Assembly (NCBI GenBank): GCA_029564175.1
Contig: JAKQQL010000007.1
Location: 1 to 21,170 of the forward strand
Reading direction: 5' to 3'
Origin: Candidatus Cloacimonadota bacterium
GTDB lineage: Bacteria; Cloacimonadota; Cloacimonadia; Cloacimonadales; WRIO01
DNA: 21,170 nt
Numbering within the stretch: position 1 is the first letter of the stretch; each line of letters begins with the position of its first letter. Position numbers and translations under genes: made by a program. This document shows positions 18,759 to 21,170 of this stretch, in pieces. The notes beneath the pieces are model-generated. The model made no database searches. It was not told the DNA's origin and worked only from the letters and a program-made list of their open reading frames with translations.

Positions 18759-18860
18759 AACCTCCTGCTCATATCCTAAACGACCTCATCAAAACTCCCC
18801 GTACACTAAAGAGATAAATAGAAGGTGAATAGGAGTGGAATAAGGATGAAAGAGGGGGGA
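18759..18860. repeat. Opposed degenerate 11-bp periodic arrays
   Basis: Right arm 18817-18860: aatagaaggtg/aataggagtgg/aataaggatga/aagagggggga. Left arm 18759-18802 is C-rich with similar but weaker periodicity: aacctcctgct/catatcctaaa/cgacctcatca/aaactccccgt. Confidence 0.6.
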
Positions 18861-18948
18861 AACTATCATAAACTACAATTACTCAATTACTGGTTAAAAG
18901 CAATACCATGCGATAAAGTTCGTTATAGAATTAACATAAAAGCGATTT

Positions 18949-18985
18949 GTAGGGATTTGCGAAGCGAAGCGCCGTAAATCCCTAC
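18949..18985 (+). repeat. GTAG-type REP-like palindrome
   Basis: gtagggatttgcg-aagcgaagcgc-cgtaaatccctac: 13-bp stem with one G-T, starting GTAG and ending CTAC, no U tail. Confidence 0.65.
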
Positions 18986-19099
18986 TATAAGTTGAGATAC
19001 TTTCTTCATATTCCCGGATAAATGCTAAATAAAAGCACCTGAATATTTACAAAGTATTTGTTCAGACAGAATTCTAAACAAAATGAGTCAAAAAACAAT

Positions 19100-19128
19100 T
19101 TGACAATAAATCAATCAATAAATACAAT
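19100..19128 (+). promoter_or_regulatory. Near-consensus sigma70 promoter for the AAA ATPase gene
   Basis: TTGACA (19100-19105), 17 nt, TACAAT (19123-19128); RBS AAGGAG before ATG 19159. Confidence 0.8.
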
Positions 19129-19158
19129 GGCTTTAGTGAAGAGAAAAAGGAGCGTATA

Positions 19159-20769
19159 ATGAAATTCTTTAACACGGCAGGTCCTGTCAATCAACCTGAA
19201 CACTACAAAGTGGATCCTTTGCACCGTTGGGATTTAGAAGAAATGCTGATGTTGATTGAACAAAGAAAATACTTCATTCTGCATGCTCCACGACAAACCG
19301 GAAAAACCAGTTCTCTTCTTGCATTGCAGGATTACCTGAATCAGGAAGGAAAATATCTTGCAATCTATACCAATTTTGAAGTTGGGCAATCAAGCCGAAA
19401 TGATCAAAAATCAGCCATCAGAGCCATTGTTACCGAATTACTAAGCAATGTGAAAGCCTTGTTAAAAGCTGATTTTGATTTCTTCTCGGCATTAGAATTC
19501 TATAATCAGATAGAAGCTGAAAACGGTTTAAACAGCATTTTATCCTATATATGCGAATTAGTCCAAAAACCTGTAGTTTTAATGATTGATGAAATTGATG
19601 CCTTGGTTGGAGATACATTAATTTCAGTACTGAGACAGCTAAGAACAGGTTATAGTAAACGCCCCTCAGCCTTTCCTTCCTCAATAATCTTATGTGGTGT
19701 AAGAGATATTAAAGATTATAGAATTCAAACCAGCGGTAAGGATATTATCACAGGGGGCAGTGCTTTTAATATTAAAGCAAAATCGCTAAGATTAGGTAAT
19801 TTTTCCAAAGAGGATGTAATCAACCTCTATACCCAACACACCTTAGAAACCGGTCAAAAGTTTGAAGAAGCTTGTTTTGATTTAGTGATGAAATACTCTG
19901 ATGGACAACCTTGGCTGGTCAATGCTATCGCTCATGAAGTAACCTATGAAATCAGAGAAAACAGAGACCGTTCTGTCACAATCACTCCTGCCAAACTGGA
20001 AACAGCTAAAGAAAGATTGATATTATCCAGACAAACTCATTTAGACCAGCTGGCCGATAAACTCGAAGAAGAAAGAGTTAGAAATGTAGTGTTACCCATC
20101 GTATTGGGAAAAGAACCGGAATACTTAAAAGATGATGAAGATTATTGTATTGATCTGGGACTTATTAAAAGGGACAAAGAAGGTTTAAAAATATCAAATC
20201 AGATATATCAGGAAATTATCCCCAGAGAATTGACAAGACTGGGACAGGATAAGTTTTTGGCAATTTTCGATCCTGACTGGATAAATCCGGATGGCAGTAT
20301 CAACGTGAAGACCCTGCTGACTATGTTTAAAGATTTCTGGAATGAGAATTCCGCTATCTGGTCAAGCCAGATTCAAGGTTATCAGGAAGCAGCACCTCAA
20401 TTGGTTACCCAGGCATTCCTGCAACGCGTAGCAAACGGAAATGGCTTCGTCAACAGAGAATACGGACTGGGTAAAAAAAGAACCGACCTGATGCTTAAAT
20501 GGCAATACGATAAAGAAGGACAACTCATTTTTCAAAAGATTGTCATTGAGCTTAAAGTAATCAATCAAAAGCTGAATTACGAAAAAGTCAGGCAGGAAGC
20601 CCTTACTCAAACAGCCATTTATGCGAAAACATGCGGAACCAAAGAAGCGAACATCCTGATTTTTGATCGTGATAAAAGCCAAAACTGGTCGGCTGACGAA
20701 CCTAACGAATTGATTGAACATGAAGGCGTTTTGATTGAAATATGGAAACTATGCAACGGAGCATGGTAA
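19159..20769 (+). CDS. AAA-like P-loop ATPase with C-terminal PD-(D/E)XK nuclease-like domain
   Basis: N-terminal FFNTAGP; Walker A HAPRQTGKTS; Walker B LMIDEID; SDGQPWLVN; C-terminal REYGLGKKRTDLML...IVIELK...QTAIYA. Confidence 0.85.
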   Translation: MKFFNTAGPVNQPEHYKVDPLHRWDLEEMLMLIEQRKYFILHAPRQTGKTSSLLALQDYLNQEGKYLAIYTNFEVGQSSRNDQKSAIRAIVTELLSNVKALLKADFDFFSALEFYNQIEAENGLNSILSYICELVQKPVVLMIDEIDALVGDTLISVLRQLRTGYSKRPSAFPSSIILCGVRDIKDYRIQTSGKDIITGGSAFNIKAKSLRLGNFSKEDVINLYTQHTLETGQKFEEACFDLVMKYSDGQPWLVNAIAHEVTYEIRENRDRSVTITPAKLETAKERLILSRQTHLDQLADKLEEERVRNVVLPIVLGKEPEYLKDDEDYCIDLGLIKRDKEGLKISNQIYQEIIPRELTRLGQDKFLAIFDPDWINPDGSINVKTLLTMFKDFWNENSAIWSSQIQGYQEAAPQLVTQAFLQRVANGNGFVNREYGLGKKRTDLMLKWQYDKEGQLIFQKIVIELKVINQKLNYEKVRQEALTQTAIYAKTCGTKEANILIFDRDKSQNWSADEPNELIEHEGVLIEIWKLCNGAW

Positions 20770-20867
20770 ACTTGTTTATCTTTGTTTTTTCTTTTAATGA
20801 GATATACATATAAAATAGAACTGCGTTTACCTGTTTTTGAAATCATATATTAGATAGTAGGTATTGT

Positions 20868-21050
20868 ATGAATCATCAATTATCAGAATGGGAAGCAAAT
20901 CCTCAAAAGTATTATCATGAGCTGAATGATATTTATGCAAAAATTGGATTAAATGATATAACGATACTTGATAATTACAGCATTTATTATCTCATGAAAT
21001 TCAGTAATTTGTCAGACTATATAATTAATACTCATCTTTCCGACATGTAA
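20868..21050 (+). CDS. Possible small hypothetical protein (60 aa)
   Basis: ATG-started ORF filling the gap after the ATPase; weak RBS; no recognisable motif. Confidence 0.3.
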   Translation: MNHQLSEWEANPQKYYHELNDIYAKIGLNDITILDNYSIYYLMKFSNLSDYIINTHLSDM

Positions 21051-21113
21051 GTCCTTGATAAATTTATTTAAAAACAGACACACTATCATGATAACTTTCA
21101 TATTTTAAGTATG

Positions 21114-21170
21114 TTATGAAATTTCTTTATTTTGGTACAATTCTGCTTCAACGATTTTATCTTCATACCA
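21114..21170 (-). CDS. Possible 3' end of a minus-strand gene entering from the right edge
   Basis: Open frame WYEDKIVEAELYQNKEIS* ending at TAA 21116-21114; only 19 codons are visible. Confidence 0.35.
   Translation of the reverse strand, partial: WYEDKIVEAELYQNKEIS

Noticed and set aside
18848..18857. 10-nt match (gaaagagggg) to the tRNA-Leu 3' region (2978-2987) as a possible att site
   Set aside because: Short and purine-rich, on the wrong (5') side of the tRNA for a 3'-end integration duplication, and no integrase is present.
18759..18860. CRISPR array interpretation of the periodic repeats
   Set aside because: Units are 11 bp, contiguous and degenerate, with no spacers and no cas genes.
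18876..18891. Tandem caattact x2
   Set aside because: Two copies of an AT-rich 8-mer are expected by chance.
19430..20846. Minus-strand ORFs 19430-19684, 20362-20721 and 20619-20846
   Set aside because: Antisense to the well-supported ATPase gene.

Overview
AT-rich bacterial chromosomal window. A Cloacimonadota-like host is inferred, from recall only, from the 18096-18671 protein. Left end, minus strand: housekeeping block tRNA-Leu(TAG)-tig-clpP-clpX, with clpX running off the window. Next, plus strand: an orphan periplasmic solute-binding protein and a PadR-TolC-MFP-AcrB type RND efflux operon, closed by a bidirectional terminator. Then, minus strand: a chemoreceptor cluster made of a ferritin/rubrerythrin-like gene, MCP, a truncated cheW missing from the ORF track, MCP, cheW and MCP; no cheA/Y/R/B lies in the window. 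The right end is accessory DNA: a 191-aa hypothetical gene preceded by a non-coding element with opposed 11-bp periodic arrays, a GTAG-type REP-like hairpin, and an AAA-ATPase/PD-(D/E)XK gene. Most notable observations: (1) the non-coding element has a decayed 37-bp direct copy (32/37) about 15.5 kb away, next to the tRNA; (2) all three MCPs carry His in place of the nearly invariant hairpin-tip Arg; (3) ClpP has a Ser-His-Asn triad. All calls were made by eye and no database searches were run.
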